64,000 bases of DNA from Squalus acanthias (Eukaryota). This document shows, piece after piece, positions 11,626 to 24,611 of the stretch. The first letter of the stretch is position 1, and each line of letters starts with the position of its first letter. The translations under genes were made by a program, and so were the position numbers. The notes beneath the pieces were generated by a model. It worked only from the letters and a program-made list of their open reading frames with translations. It ran no database searches and had not been told where the DNA came from. The stretch lies in the NCBI GenBank assembly GCA_030390025.1, contig CM059432.1, positions 30,506,001 to 30,570,000 of the forward strand, read 5' to 3'.

Positions 11626-13633
11626 TTTAATATTGACCTGTGCATATTCAGGGAAAAATAAACTATGCACTTTAAAGAGCTTCAGAATTGCCCTGCAATT
11701 CTCAAAAGTAAATTATTATACTTCGCCAAACATTACAAAATCTTCCTCAATGGCTTGGGTATTGAACTGCAAGCTGAATTATTCAGCCACAACGGAACAG
11801 CAACAGTTCATTTCTGACCTAATGTTACATGACCTTTTAACAATGCAGCGCTCTATCACAGCTCCACCTACTGGTGTAACAGGTACTGCAGGTAAGTGAT
11901 GACACTTTTAAAATGTGTTTTCTCATGGAGACATAAGAATTGTTTATGTATTTTGAAATAACCCTACTCAGCAATTTTAACATATAATAGGCAGATCATC
12001 CCTGCCTGTAGCAAATTGCCTAGTGCCTAGTGCCTTTCCCTAGGAGAGCACCTCAGGGCACTTTTCAGTGAAGAGAAAGTAAACAATGAACAGGGAAAAG
12101 AGAGATTGAGGTGGACGGAGGGACTGAAGCCATGATCGAAAAAAATAGGAGGGCTAATTTTCCTCTTCACAGTTTCTGGGGAGTCCTCAGTTCCCAAGTC
12201 CAGAAAAGAGGAAAACAGTTATGTCTCCTGCTCCTACTACACTATGGTGGAATTTCCTTGGCATCCCCTGATGAGTAGTACTGGGACTGGAATAGATGCA
12301 GGTCCAGAATAAGGATTCAAATGAGGCAGGAGCGAGCACTCCCAGCCTCCTGGAAATTCCTGCCTACCATGTTGGGAGTGTAGCAGACCATTTAGCACCT
12401 GAAAAATGGGAGCTGCATGGCCAAATTTCAGGGCTTAATGTTCAGAAAATAAACCTACATGAAGTCTGTATTGGAATTGAATGGCTTGGCCTTTTCTTTA
12501 GACACCTGGTCAGACATAACACCTAGATCCTGGCTGTTCTTGATTTAACTGTGTACCAAAGAAAACATGGCCATTTTCTGAGAGTGTATCTGGCTTTTAA
12601 CTCTCTATGTACTGTGACAGAACATAAGCTGCTCCACATAGGTCTTTTCACCTTGTTGAAGACCGATGCCCATTGTATAGCTGATGGAGAAACTGTGACT
12701 TTAGGATGACAACTGCTGGAAGGCATTATCTGGTGGCTGGATTTGAGAATGTGCTCATATATCCAGGGTTTGATACCTACCATGATTGGGTTACAAAGAG
12801 GCAAGCAGCTGCTAAAGCTGCACCTTCAACAGGTGGCATCAATATTTGATGGGTTATGGTATGTGCCCACTGTGCTCACCAAGATGGTGGCAATGCATTC
12901 ACACAGGATGCTTTGAATTAAATGACTTTGCCTCTCCCTCGGACGCCTTCCTATACATAACGTTTATATCCTGGTTTGTTTTAATTGTACATCAGCTCAA
13001 GGTAGGTGCCTGTTGCTGCTCACCATGCTCTTTGGGAACTTCAAGTCCACCAGCAAAGCCCTAAATTCTGTCTTGTCAGCTGTCTAACGGCCAACTAGTG
13101 GCTATAGTCCTTGGGAATGAGGTAAGCTTGGGGTCAAATCAGCTCTAAAATGACACAGCTGTCGATAGAAATTCAGAACCAAGCTTCTCCGGATGATTTC
13201 GTAATCCAGTACCTGTGCAAGGCAGGTCCACAGTACTCCAAGGTTCTGTTGATGATTGATCAGCTACTATTTGAACCTAAAGGGATTAGCCTGACACTAG
13301 GGGCTGGGATTCTTCTCAGTTGGCTCCAGATAATCCTGAAAACCAATTTCCAAAAAGGCAGGGTGGCCCTGGCTGGGCAAGCAGTGTTATGTACTGGTAA
13401 GCTGTATAGCTTTAGTTGGATAAAATTCACCATTACTTCTGTTCATGCTTGAAACTCCTTAAGCATTGATTCTTCTCAACCTGTTCCTAAGCTTTCTGGA
13501 CTTGGGTAAGAAGAGTTCATTGCTACAGGGTTACAGTGTTCTCTCGTGATTCATGCAAATGTTAGGGATTCATTTGAAGAAGAGTGGGGAGTTTTCCCAG
13601 AGCCCTGCCAATAGATGTCCCTCAACCAACAAT

Positions 13634-14397
13634 GGGCCAGAAATTTGGCTCCCTGGCTTCCCACGGGTGCAAGGATCGCGCGCGCACCTACCTACCGCGC
13701 CTGCCGTTGACCTCTGGGCCCACGGGGACTTCAGCTCCTGGGCCTCCTGCAGCTGCCGGCGTGCAGTGCTTGTGTATCCCAGGGGCGTAGTTAGTGCGAT
13801 GCGTCCCCGGGGATCACATGGGCCATGGAGAGCCAATGGCAGCAGACCATCTTTCATTCACAGATTTGACAGGAAGACCTGTCAAATCTATGAATTGAAA
13901 TCGGCCCCAAAACAACGCCTAAACTTCAAATAATTTTTTTTTAAAAACATCACATTTTTAAAATAACTATGTTAAATAAATTAACTACTTTAAACAAAAA
14001 TTTTAATTTTTGAAAAAATTAAAATACTTTTTAACAGTGCTAAAAATAAACTTACCTTTCTTTAAAGTGTCTAAAAAAGATAAACCTGTTGAAAATGTTT
14101 TTAAATTGTAATGAATTAACCACTTACCTTGTTAAAAACGGGTCTTGCACCTCCTTTTTAAAAGCGCAGCTTCTTCCATACTTACCTTCCCGGAGAAACC
14201 TGAAAAAAAAGCGAAGTTCGCTGCGTGCGCGCAGCCTCTCCCGCACACGCGGTTCACCTCTGAACCCCTCCCTTCACAAGACCGGAAGTTCCGGTTTCCC
14301 GCGCATGCGCAGTGCATGCAGGAAACCGGCACTTCAGGAGGCCTTACGGGTGAGTACACAGCGCGTACTCACCCGGCAAGTGCCTAATTTCTGGCCC
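13634..14397. mobile_element. MITE family A, copy 1 (AAT TSD), inserted in a Deu-SINE
   Basis: Perfect TIR GGGCCAGAAATT / AATTTCTGGCCC; AAT on both sides; AT-rich core shared with three other copies. Confidence 0.9.
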
Positions 14398-15281
14398 AAT
14401 ATGATTAACAGATTGACTGGCATGCAAACATTTCAAAGTAAGCGATTTTGAGACGTTTCTGAGAGATATGATGAGACATTAGATAAATACAAGTGTTTCT
14501 TATTGTCGCACCCTGATCAGCAGTGCCTGATATTTATCAGAGCTTTAATGGACATTCTTCAAAGCTTTTCCACCCAACAAAGTAACACTTGGTAACCTAA
14601 TATTTCTGACATTTTATGACCACAGATCAAACATCAAGAAAAGACCAACAAATTTCCATGGTGTACAGACACCTGCAGTTAATGGACAAATACAGCCAAG
14701 TGGAGCTTATGAAATCTTGTTGCTGTGCATTTCTAATCCCATCATTAGCTGTTCCTTTATTGACTGTATGGTGATGTAAACACGTAATGGTGTTCAACAT
14801 ACATAAAGCCACTATGAATCTTACATTTCAGTCTCATACTTTTCTTGTGTTGTTGTAGTTTATTAATAGGCATATCTTTAATTCCTTCTCTAACCCTCTC
14901 AGAACAGAAAGGCCAAACAGGATATGAAAACACTTGTCACTTACGTCACATAATGTACTCACATAAACTCTGTAGGAACGATATGTTGAAGATCTTTTCT
15001 ATAATCCACTAAAAACGCCAGTGTAATAAGGACGTGTTATGGAGAGAATGGCCTAGAAATTTGTCTTCCCCTGAAAACGGGCACCCGTTCAAAGGAATGC
15101 AGAAAGCACGCTAACTTTGTGCTGCCTGCTGATTAGTATGATTGCGGCGTTCAGCTCAGTGCTGAACAGACTGCTGAGTGGCTGAACGCTCAGCATGGGG
15201 CCCAAGTTTGTGTGAGGCTAGCAGCACCAATTAAAGCTAGCCTGCACTTCTTAAAGGCAATCTGCACCTCTTAAAGGAGAG

Positions 15282-17028
15282 ATGCATTCTGCCTGCAGCA
15301 GCTCATTCAACTGGCTGGGGAAGAGAGTGAGAGGAGGAAAAAAACAATTATGTGCACCAAGGTTCTTCGATGCAGCACTGGAGGCCTTGGTGCAGGAGGT
15401 CAATTCGAGCAGAGGGGTACTGTTTCCACAGGGGGCGAGAAGGCCCTCCAGGCAAATGTGTAAAATCCAATGGAAGCAGATAGCCGCTGTGGTAAATGCC
15501 AGCAGTATAGCCCTGAGGACCTGGACGCAGTGCAGGAAGAAGTTTAATGACCTCACACGAGTGGTCAAGGTCAGTGAATTTATCTTCAAATGCCATATCC
15601 CACCATCTACACCACTATCCTCACACACTGCTTAATGCACCACACCCCCATCACTCACCTACCAACAATCTCTACCAAACACGACTCATTCCTCACATTC
15701 ATAGCTTCACCTCACCCTCACATACTTACCACTGCTGTAAGCCTCACACCTACATCTCCCAGCTTTCACACACTATCAGCTATTCAACCATGACAGGCAT
15801 ATCACACAAACACATTGCACCACACTCACTGACACACTTCCCTTTCCCTGCAGGAAAAGGTGGCTCACAACCGGCGCCAGCATGACCTAACTGGCGATGT
15901 CAGGATCGCCTGCATAACCTGACCCCCATGGAGGAGACGGTGCTGGCCGTTCTTGGGTGGGACATCACTGAGCCAGTGACGCGGCTGAAAGAATACAAGA
16001 TGCTGGTATCCTCCTGCATAATCCTACTTTTCACATCCCCGTCTCACTCATCCCACAATCTCTTCTGATTTACAAGCTGCACATGGTGTAAGCAGGCACT
16101 TTTTGCTTTCCCCCTCTTCTCTTGCTACAAACTTGTGCCTTTCTCCTTTCAGATAGCCAAGAACTAACACCTGGCCAGGCATGGATAGAGGAGCAGGAAA
16201 TAGAAGAACACCAAGGCACTGATGATGAAGACACAGCCCTGTTATTCGATTTCACACTCGCAGCCACCAGCTCAGATAATGACACTCCGCGTAGTTTAGA
16301 GGATAGGTTAGAGGCAGGATCTGAATATGGTGAGACACCGAGCATGAGTGGCCTGCAGCCACAGCAGGGGGAAGGGGTAGCGCAGATGCCAGCTTCCGGA
16401 GAGCGAGGTCTGCTGCAGAGGACCCAGATGAGGAATTCGATGGGGCGGCCTACAGAAGAATGCTGATGGGTATGCACAATGAAAGCTAGGTGCATTGGCA
16501 GGCCTGCCAGAAAGCCTGAGTGCAATGTCAAGGAGCATGGAGGAGTCGGGCACCAACCTAGCACAGGGCTTTGCGCAGAGCTTGGAGCCCAGGATTTCCA
16601 GCATGGAAGTGATGGTCAACTCCATTAGTGTACTTGTGGACCCAACCATGATGCAGCGACTGATGGCCGATGTCTCAGCTTCCATTGTATCACAAGCAGA
16701 AGCCATCCAACGTCTGAGTGCTGCAGTGGAAGCTCAGACTTCTGTCATGCAAGCTCAGACTGCTCTCATGCAGGTTCAGCTTTCTGCCACGCAAGCTCAG
16801 ACTGCTACCATCATGGCTGCGTTTACCAGTGTGGAAAGGGGCTTGCAGGGTGTCACAGTAGACCAGCAATCTATCCTCCAACAGATTACTAGGAATGCTG
16901 AGGCACCGCCCCGGGGAGCGGCAGTAACTCCGTGGAGCACAAATCCGCTGTCCTCTCTCAGGATGACAGCATTCGTGATCTACTCCTGCCACTCCGCCAG
17001 TGCCCTTTCTGTTGCCTGTCACAGATAG
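15282..17028 (+). pseudogene. Harbinger Myb/SANT DNA-binding protein gene remnant (exons ~15330-15569, 15854-16005, 16153-17028)
   Basis: APRFFDAALEALVQEV...WKQIA..VN...RTWTQCRKKFNDLTR; GT/AG junctions at 15570, 15853, 16006, 16152; coiled-coil-like C-terminus with frameshifts; truncated by a CR1 tail at ~17025. Confidence 0.82.
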
Positions 17029-17160
17029 ATTTTTGTTAAGTAAGGGTAGCAAGGGATATGGAGCAAAGGCGGGTAAATGGAGTTGAGGTGCAGATCAGCC
17101 GTGAACTAATTGAATAGCGGATCAGGTTCGAGGGGCTGAATGGCCTACTCCTGTTCCTAT
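17025..17160 (+). mobile_element. CR1 LINE 3' tail
   Basis: GATAGATTTTTG...GGCTGAATGGCCTACTCCTGTTCCTATG. Confidence 0.8.
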
Positions 17161-17809
17161 GGCAAAATATATACTTTTCTATCCATTCTTCCTCTTTTCT
17201 TTGTTGAAATCAAGATTGAATTGCACCATCCCTTGCTCAGCCTTTCCCAGGAGTTTAAAGCTATGAAATGTGTTGCCTTCCTTAGACTTCCCTTTCTCAT
17301 ACAACCCTCAGATTTTTTTTAACTTAAACTTGACATTACCTAATTACTACTTCTTGACATATCTTGTAGTCTTCTCAATCTTGGTAATCTGCACACAGTG
17401 CATTAAGCCTTCACCTAGGTTTCGCAAATAAATAAATCAATAAAATAATCAGGAGTTAGGGATTAGCTTGGGGTTTGCTCATTCTTCATTGTACAGTTAT
17501 CATATTTATAAATTGACCCTTTGCAGCTTTAGTGCTTTTTGATTCTGTAAGCTCCACACTGCACTTTATTTAAGCCAGATAATTGGTACCTGCTAAATTT
17601 ATAAGGCATTAAGTGTTTTCTATGTGATGAAGAACTGACAAGGCCACAGAGCTTCATGGCTGCACAGACGCACTACACAGAAATGAAATCCCGCGGTCCG
17701 CTCCCACCACCAGGACCAACCCCCGCCCTCCCCACCCACTTTGCACTAAACAGTCCTTCAACCACTCACCCACCCACTGCATGTCGGCCGAATGGGTCTT
17801 GTCATGTCA

Positions 17810-18551
17810 TGTATTGACATTCATCATGAAACAAGTGAAAGGGCGAGCTGGCCCTTGGACGCAGTAATGGGCAACACGTGGAAGTGGTGTGTTAGCAGTC
17901 AACCTCCTTTCTCCTCTGGTTCACAACAACACATTTCGAATAAGCATGAGACATCATAGACGAGTATACGGCACAGACTTTATTGATACACAGTAAAGGT
18001 GATCAGCCTTAACTGCATACAGAAAGTGGATATTCGGTTTCTGTATCTTTCGAGTACACTCTAAGATACTGTTGAAAACCATGATCCTTTATACACCATA
18101 TTTTGACTACATCAAAAGAAAATGCCACCGATAAGCCTGTATGAGGTATATATTTCCCAAATCCTTTGAAAACAGAATATCCATTTAAACAGTTTGCAAT
18201 TGTTTACCTCAGAACCACTTCCCCTACACGAGACTTCCTGACTTAACATTTGCTAGTATCTTTGAAGTAAAAGCTTTACCAACTGCTACCTGTATCTAAT
18301 GGATCTCTACTACCAATGTTTATTACCCTAAGACTAAACATTAACCATTCATGGGTGACAACATTACTACCACTATGCCCTTACACAAGCACTTTACATC
18401 TCAGAAAACAAGCAATGCATTCCTTTTACGACACTTCAAAATCATCCTGTTTATATCTTGGAAAGCCTGTTGCTTTAAGATACAAAGATGTTCGACTGTT
18501 AACCCTTAACTCCCCAAGAGGTCCAGCATACATTTCTCCAGGATGTCCAAC
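17810..18551 (-). mobile_element. Possible solo-LTR-like insertion
   Basis: TGT...ACA ends; minus-strand TATA-like site (~18090) and AATAAA (~17980); no convincing TSD found. Confidence 0.3.
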
Positions 18552-19659
18552 ATGGTGCTAATCAATAAATTTTATGTGGCATTAGAAAAAAGAAAACTTA
18601 ACAACATAACATTTTGTCAAACACCCATGTGCATACCCTTGGTGAATAACAATTTCTTGAATTTACGCTTCCTACCACTTCCAGTGGTGCATCCCGTTCG
18701 GCTTCAGCAGAGGTAGAGGTGAAGATCAGTAAGGTCACAGATAAGGTATCTGCCCTCCTGTTTAAGGCAGCAGACAAGTTGGCATCCAAAGTCTGCACGG
18801 CCATGGTCATGGCCTGCTTGGACTCATCGGAGAGCCTTGCTTGAAGCTCCATGGAGGCGGACTCTCTCTCTCCATGGCAGACATTCTTGCAATTCCCTGC
18901 ACCACTATCGATTGAGTTGGACTCCTCCATCCCCTCTGCTATGCTGGAGAGTGTGCGTGGCACATCTGTCAGTACCTGGATAAGTTGCTGATGCGCCTCT
19001 AGCATTCTCCTTCGCAACAATGATCCCCGTGGTTCAACATCTGTGTCCAGCTGAGCAGAGCTTGGAAAGGATTGCGCCCCTCGATGCGGACTCTCCACAG
19101 CTGTCCCTGCCACCAGTGTCTGCTCGTGCTCACTTGTGAGGTGGTGAATCATCAGGTGAAAATCCAACTAACTGTCTACGTGGACTGACCAAAATGCGAG
19201 TATTTGCGCTGGTGCATGGCTGTACATCCTGTGATGGTGCACCCTCAGAAGGAATGAGGTCCTCCGAGGAATCGTCCTCATGGATTTCCTGTGACAATTG
19301 CTGTATGCGTGAAGGCCTTGGAAGACAAAAGAAAGAGATATGATTTAGTCGTGGCAAAGTCATAATCTTGACAATCACCATACTCAGTCTTCTCATAGTT
19401 CAGTTATTGATGAAATGAAGTTAGCATATGTGTGTCAAAGATATTTGTAATTCTGTCACCAGCTATCTGAAAACTCCCTGTCTCTCCATCTCTGACTGAG
19501 AGGGACGCAGATATGACGTTTATCTCCAGGGCGTCCTTCCCTGCAACAGTGAGCTGGACTATTTGTGGGAATTCACCAGCAGTCCTGTCCCTCTCCCTTG
19601 TTGTTTGCACCCTCTTCTACAAAGAGCAAAAAACAGACCTGGATGGAGTCATACCTAGA

Positions 19660-20110
19660 AAGACTTGAAAGACTTGCATTTATATAGCGCCTTTCACGAC
19701 CACCGAACGTCTCAAAGTGCTTTCCAGCCAATTAAATACTTTTGGAGTGTAGTCACTGTTGTAATGTAGGAAACGTGGCAGCCAATTTGCACACAGCAAG
19801 CTCCCACAAACAGCAATGTGATAATGACCAGATAATCTGCTTTTGTTATGTTGATTGAGGGATTGATTGGCCAGGACACTGGGGATAACTCCCCTACTCT
19901 TCTTCGAAATAGTGCCATGGGATCTTTTACATCCACCTGAGAGAGTAGACGGGACCTCGGTTTAATGTCTCATCCAAAAGACAGCTCCTCTGATAGTGCA
20001 GCACTCCCTCAGTACTGCACTGGAGTGTCAGCCTAGATTTTTGTGCTCAAGTCCCTGGAGTGGGACTTGAACCCACAACCTTCTGACTCAGAGGCGAGGG
20101 TGCTACCTAG
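19660..20110 (-). mobile_element. tRNA-derived Deu-domain SINE (SacSINE1-like), near full length
   Basis: Minus-strand tRNA head GGTAGCACCCTCGCCTCTGAGTCAGAAGGTTGTGGGTTCAAGTCCC, Deu core GTAAAAGATCCCATGGCACTATTTCGAAGAAGAG, tail GGCGCTATATAAATGCAAGTC. Confidence 0.85.
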
Positions 20111-20111
20111 C

Positions 20112-21157
20112 ACAAAGGAAGATGGTTGTGGTTGTTGGAGGTCAATCATCTCAGCCCCAGGACATCGCTGCAGGAGTTCCTCAGGGCAGGGTCCTAGACC
20201 CAACCATCTTCAACGGCTTCATCAATGAACTTCCCTCCATCATAAGGTCAGAAGTGGGGATATTTGCTGATGACTGCACAGTGTTCAGTTCCATTCGCAA
20301 CTCCTCAGAAAATGAAGCAGTCCATGCCCGCATGCAGTAAGACCTGGACGATATTCAGGCTTGGGCTGATAAGTGGCAAGTAACATTTGCGCCACACAAG
20401 TGCCAGGCAATGACTATCTCCAACAAGCGAGAGTCTAACCACCTCCCGATGACATTCAACAGCATTACCATCGCTGAATCCCCACCATCAACAGCCTGGG
20501 GTCACCATTGACCAGAAACTTAACTAGACCAGCCACATAAAACCTGTGGCAACAAGAGCAGGTCAGAGGCTAGGGAGTCTGCGGCGAGTGTCTCACCTCC
20601 TGACTCCCCAAAGCCTTTCTACCATCTACAAGGCACAAGCCAGGAGTGTGATGGAATACTCTCCACTTGCCTGGATGAGTGCAGCTCCAACAACACTCAA
20701 GAAGCGCGTCACAATCCAGAACAAAGCAGCCTGCTTGATTGGCACCCCATCCACCACCTTAAATATTCACTCCCTCCACCACTGGCGTACTGCGGCTGCA
20801 GTGTGTACCATCTACAAGATGCATTGCAGCAACTCGCCAAGGTTTCTTCAGCAGCACCTTCCAAACCCGCGACCTCTACCACCTAGAAGGACAAGGGCAG
20901 CAAATGCATGGGAACACCATCACCTCCAAGTTCCCCATCAAGTCACACACCATCTTGGAAGTATATCACCGATCCTTCATCGTCGCTGGGTCAAAATCCT
21001 GGAACTCCCTCCCTAACAGCAATGTGAGAGTACCTTCACCACACGGACTGCAGCGGTTCAAGAAGGCGGCTCACCACCACCTTCTATGGGGCAATTAGGA
21101 TGGGCAATAAATGCTGGCCTTGCCAGTGACGCCCACATCCTCTAATGAATAAATAAA
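20112..21157 (+). mobile_element. CR1-superfamily (Zenon-like) LINE 3' part
   Basis: GVPQG...FINELP...FADD RT motifs; RSVMEYSPLAW; 3' end AATAAATGCTGGCCTTGCCAGTGACGCCCACATCC..AATGAATAAA; subfamily name tentative. Confidence 0.8.
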
Positions 21158-22184
21158 ACCTGTGAGTGAGTGAAGATGAAGTATTCATCCGATGGATGCA
21201 GTGCAATGGGTGAGAGTGACTTTGAGTCAGATGCATCACATGGCAAAAGGATTTGGGTGAGTGTCAATGGTGGATGAATACATGGGGAGCTGATGAATTG
21301 CATAGAAAGTGAAGGCTGGGTGCTGCTGAAAGTTGAGTGGGTGTGAGGAGTGATGTGATGGAGAATGCTTAGCAGTACAGAGTGTAAGGGGGAGGGGCTT
21401 AAAGCACAGGATGTCGTCGAATCAGCAAATGTACTCACTTTTCCTGACCTGATTAGGTCATTAAACTTCTTCCTACGTTGCATTAATGACCTGGGCACAA
21501 CACTCCTGCTGCTCACATCCTGAGCTACCTCCAACCACGCCTCCTTGGTGAGAGCAACAGGCTTCTTTCTCCCATTGCTGGGGAAAAGTATGTCCCTCCT
21601 CCTACTCCTGACTGCACCCAACAGTAATTCCAGCAAGGCGTCATGAATTCTGGGTGCTGCTTTTGCTCTATGCCCACCATCCATTCTGAACACCTCCAAT
21701 TTCCATTTGTGTCCTGGCCCTTTAAACAGAGCTGAGATCACGTCATGCGTGTGCGCTTCATACCCACTGCACGGGTTGGAGATGCAAAGCCTGGAAGTCA
21801 AAATTAATTGGTACAATTCTGTTGCGAACGTGAATTCTGACCTGCTCAGTCGACCTCCGAGTTTCCCCCACGCAATTCCAGTCCCCACTCGGAAGCTGCC
21901 TTCAGGTAATACCGGGGCTACTGTTTCTGAAATACTATGTAAAGAAGAGTAGAGCAATATATAGCCTTTAAAAGCTGAAAATGTGTGGGGGAGGGCACAG
22001 TTGTGTAGTGACATTTTAAATGCAGTCAGAAATATGTCCTCTGGTCTTTATTTCTAGTGAAATTGTAAACCCTTTTCATAAAATAATAGCTTAATGAATG
22101 TATTTGTGGTATCACTACACATAATGACCAAGGCAAGTCTCTTTCCACCCTCTCCTATTAACAAATACCATAATCTAGTGGAAG

Positions 22185-22590
22185 TCCCTACTCTTCTTCT
22201 AATAGAGCCATAGGATCTTTTATACCCACCTGAACAGGCATGCAGGCCTCGGTTAATGTCTTATTCAAAAGTCAACACCTCCGGCAATACAGCACTCCCT
22301 CAGTACTGCCCTAAGGATGACACCTTTGAGAATGCTGCACTGACTCCGAACTACCCTAAATACAGTACCTCCGATAAAGCAGCAATCTTTCAATATTGTT
22401 CACTAACTGGCACCTCTGACAATGCAGCTCTCCCTCAATACTGTTCACTCGATAGTACCTCTGACAATACAGCACTCCCTCAGTACTGCACTGAAGTGTC
22501 AGACTAGGTTATGTGCTCAAATCCTGGATCGCAGCCCAAAAGCACAAATTCTGGCTCAGAGGCAAGAGTGCTACCAGCTGAGCCACTTAC
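22185..22590 (-). mobile_element. Deu-SINE with internal 45-bp tandem amplification (22276-22495)
   Basis: SINE head and body on minus strand; five diverged units starting at 22276, 22321, 22366, 22411, 22456. Confidence 0.8.
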
Positions 22591-23619
22591 AACATTTTCA
22601 TTCTGTTGTTTCATCCTTTCTAGCAGAGTGCCAACTTCAGTGATTAGTGCTGCAGGATACAGAAAATGGTTTTGCAGTTAAAAAGAAATAAGAAAAAAAA
22701 CCATCACGACCAATTTCTTGCAACCATTCACTGAGACAATTATCAGTGGAAGCAACTGAACAAGTACTTTAAATCTGCTTCCTCTGAATGTAAAGGAACA
22801 AAACTGATATCCAGCAATGTTGGAATGAAACCTGCAGGCACCAACTTACTTCACATCGTTTAAAGGTCCACAGAGGTCAGCAAAAAATAGATGTGAGTCA
22901 GATCTTCTAGCTCCAGGCTGATTAAAATAAATGAATTACTGAATAGTCTAATTTGTTCAGAATGCCATTTTATTAAAGGTTAAACAAATTTCCCTATCAA
23001 AGCAAAAATATACTTTGGCTCAGATTGCATGTTGAATTGCAAAGGATAATCTGTTTCCAATATGCTGATTAGATTGTGGCTTGTAACAAGGATTCATACA
23101 CCGAGCTAAACTGCAGGTTTGTTGTACTGAGTGTTTTTATACTTGTATGCAGCTGTATTAGTGAACAACATGGGTTAATGCTTCCATTAAAACAATGGGT
23201 AAAGGAATTTGGCATGAACACATTTAAGAGTTCATACAGAAATGTCAAAAGAATCCAATTTCAAGGCAACAATATTTAGATCAGCACTGTAGGGTTCTCT
23301 TAATAGTAGTTTATGAATATGTAATGTGCAGCAAGACTATCAAAGCTGAGATGGTTGGACTGTGTACAGATTGGCTTGAATGAAAGGTGGACAATAGACA
23401 GATAACAATGGAAGCTGTAAGGGGGTGGGGGTGAAACATAAGAGTGAATTCTTGTGGCAGGTACAGCCAGACTGTTATGACTGATTGATTTACTACCAGA
23501 GATAACAAGGCAGTTGCAAGACACCCTCTTATGGTGTAAGGTGGGTTATAGAGCTAGCTAAACCTTCTGTAAATGAATATTAATTACATAGTTAAGAGTA
23601 CAAACCTAACAGCAGTCTA

Positions 23620-23841
23620 GAATTCCCTGCCTAAACCTCTCCGCCTCGCTACCTCTCTTTCCTCCTTGAAGACGCTCCTTAAAATCTACCTCTTTGACCA
23701 AGCTTTTGGTCACCTGCCGTAATTTATCCTTATGTGGATCGGTGTCAAATTTTTTTGTCTTAAAATACTCCTGTGCAGCACCTTGGGACGTTTTACTATG
23801 TTAAAGGCACTATATAAATACAAGTTGTTGTTGTTGTTGTT
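23620..23841 (+). mobile_element. L2-type LINE 3' end with (GTT)n tail
   Basis: ...CTCTTTGACCAAGCTTTTGGTCACC...AAAGGCACTATATAAATACAAG(TTG)n; matches 59755-60013. Confidence 0.7.
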
Positions 23842-24611
23842 GGGTAACATGATGAGTTGGAGCATCAACATAGTCCTACACAGTGGCAATGGAGGACACA
23901 AGGTTTCTCCTTCAGGTTTTCTCCCTTCTCTTCCTGGCCTATCATGAAGGCTTCATTTCCCTCACTGGGCTGTGGTTCAATGAGGATTGATCACTGGTGC
24001 TCTGCCTGTGCTATCATGCCCAATTGGCCATTACATGTGTCTGAGCCTTGACAGTAACTGTCAGCAGGCTCACTAAGGAGTACATCACAACTGAGCCCAG
24101 TCCCAAGCTCACCCATATACTCATTCTTCTGATAGGTAATTAGGAGAAGGAATTTTCCAGAACTCAGGAGTTCTGCAGTCAATTCTAGCAGCTTTATGCT
24201 ACCCATTGAGTAACTAAACCCAGACCTGGGATCAAACCTGGAGCTTTCCTGGTCTGTATGACTTAGAGAAAAAGGGCCCAAAATTCCGCAAAGCAGGACA
24301 TCCGGCCGCCAATGGGCAGTGACGCAGACCCCCTACCAAATAGTGGGCAAAGTATCATTATCATAATCAAGCAGGTGGCCTGCATCTATACAGGCACTTC
24401 AGTTGCACCTCCCTCCCACTGTACTCGTGGAAGAAACTAGCCAATCCAAAAAGGTGCCACTGAGAGCCAACAAGGGCCAAAGAAAAAGTATGTTTATTTT
24501 TCTTCTGTTCCTTAGGAAGCAAAAGGCCATCTCTTCAATTCCCTCCAGGATCAAATATCTTTATTTTGGGCAGTGTTGGGGCCTTTACTAGGTAACACTG
24601 CCCACTGGGTA

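Larger units (their letters stand above)
18600..21918 (-). pseudogene. Harbinger element remnant with Myb/SANT gene (exons 21684-21439, 19616-19460, 19316-~18670); intron 1 interrupted by a SINE and a LINE
   Basis: MDGGHRAKAAPRIHDALLELLL...WLEVAQDVS...RKKFNDLIRSGK|GTGAGT; exons 2 and 3 similar to those at 38092-39474 (e.g. TSEHEQ..VAGTAVESP, SSAQL). Confidence 0.82.

Noticed and set aside
21142..22014. 290-aa ORF as a single protein
   Set aside because: Only 21439-21684 is Myb-like; the rest is upstream sequence and intron read-through
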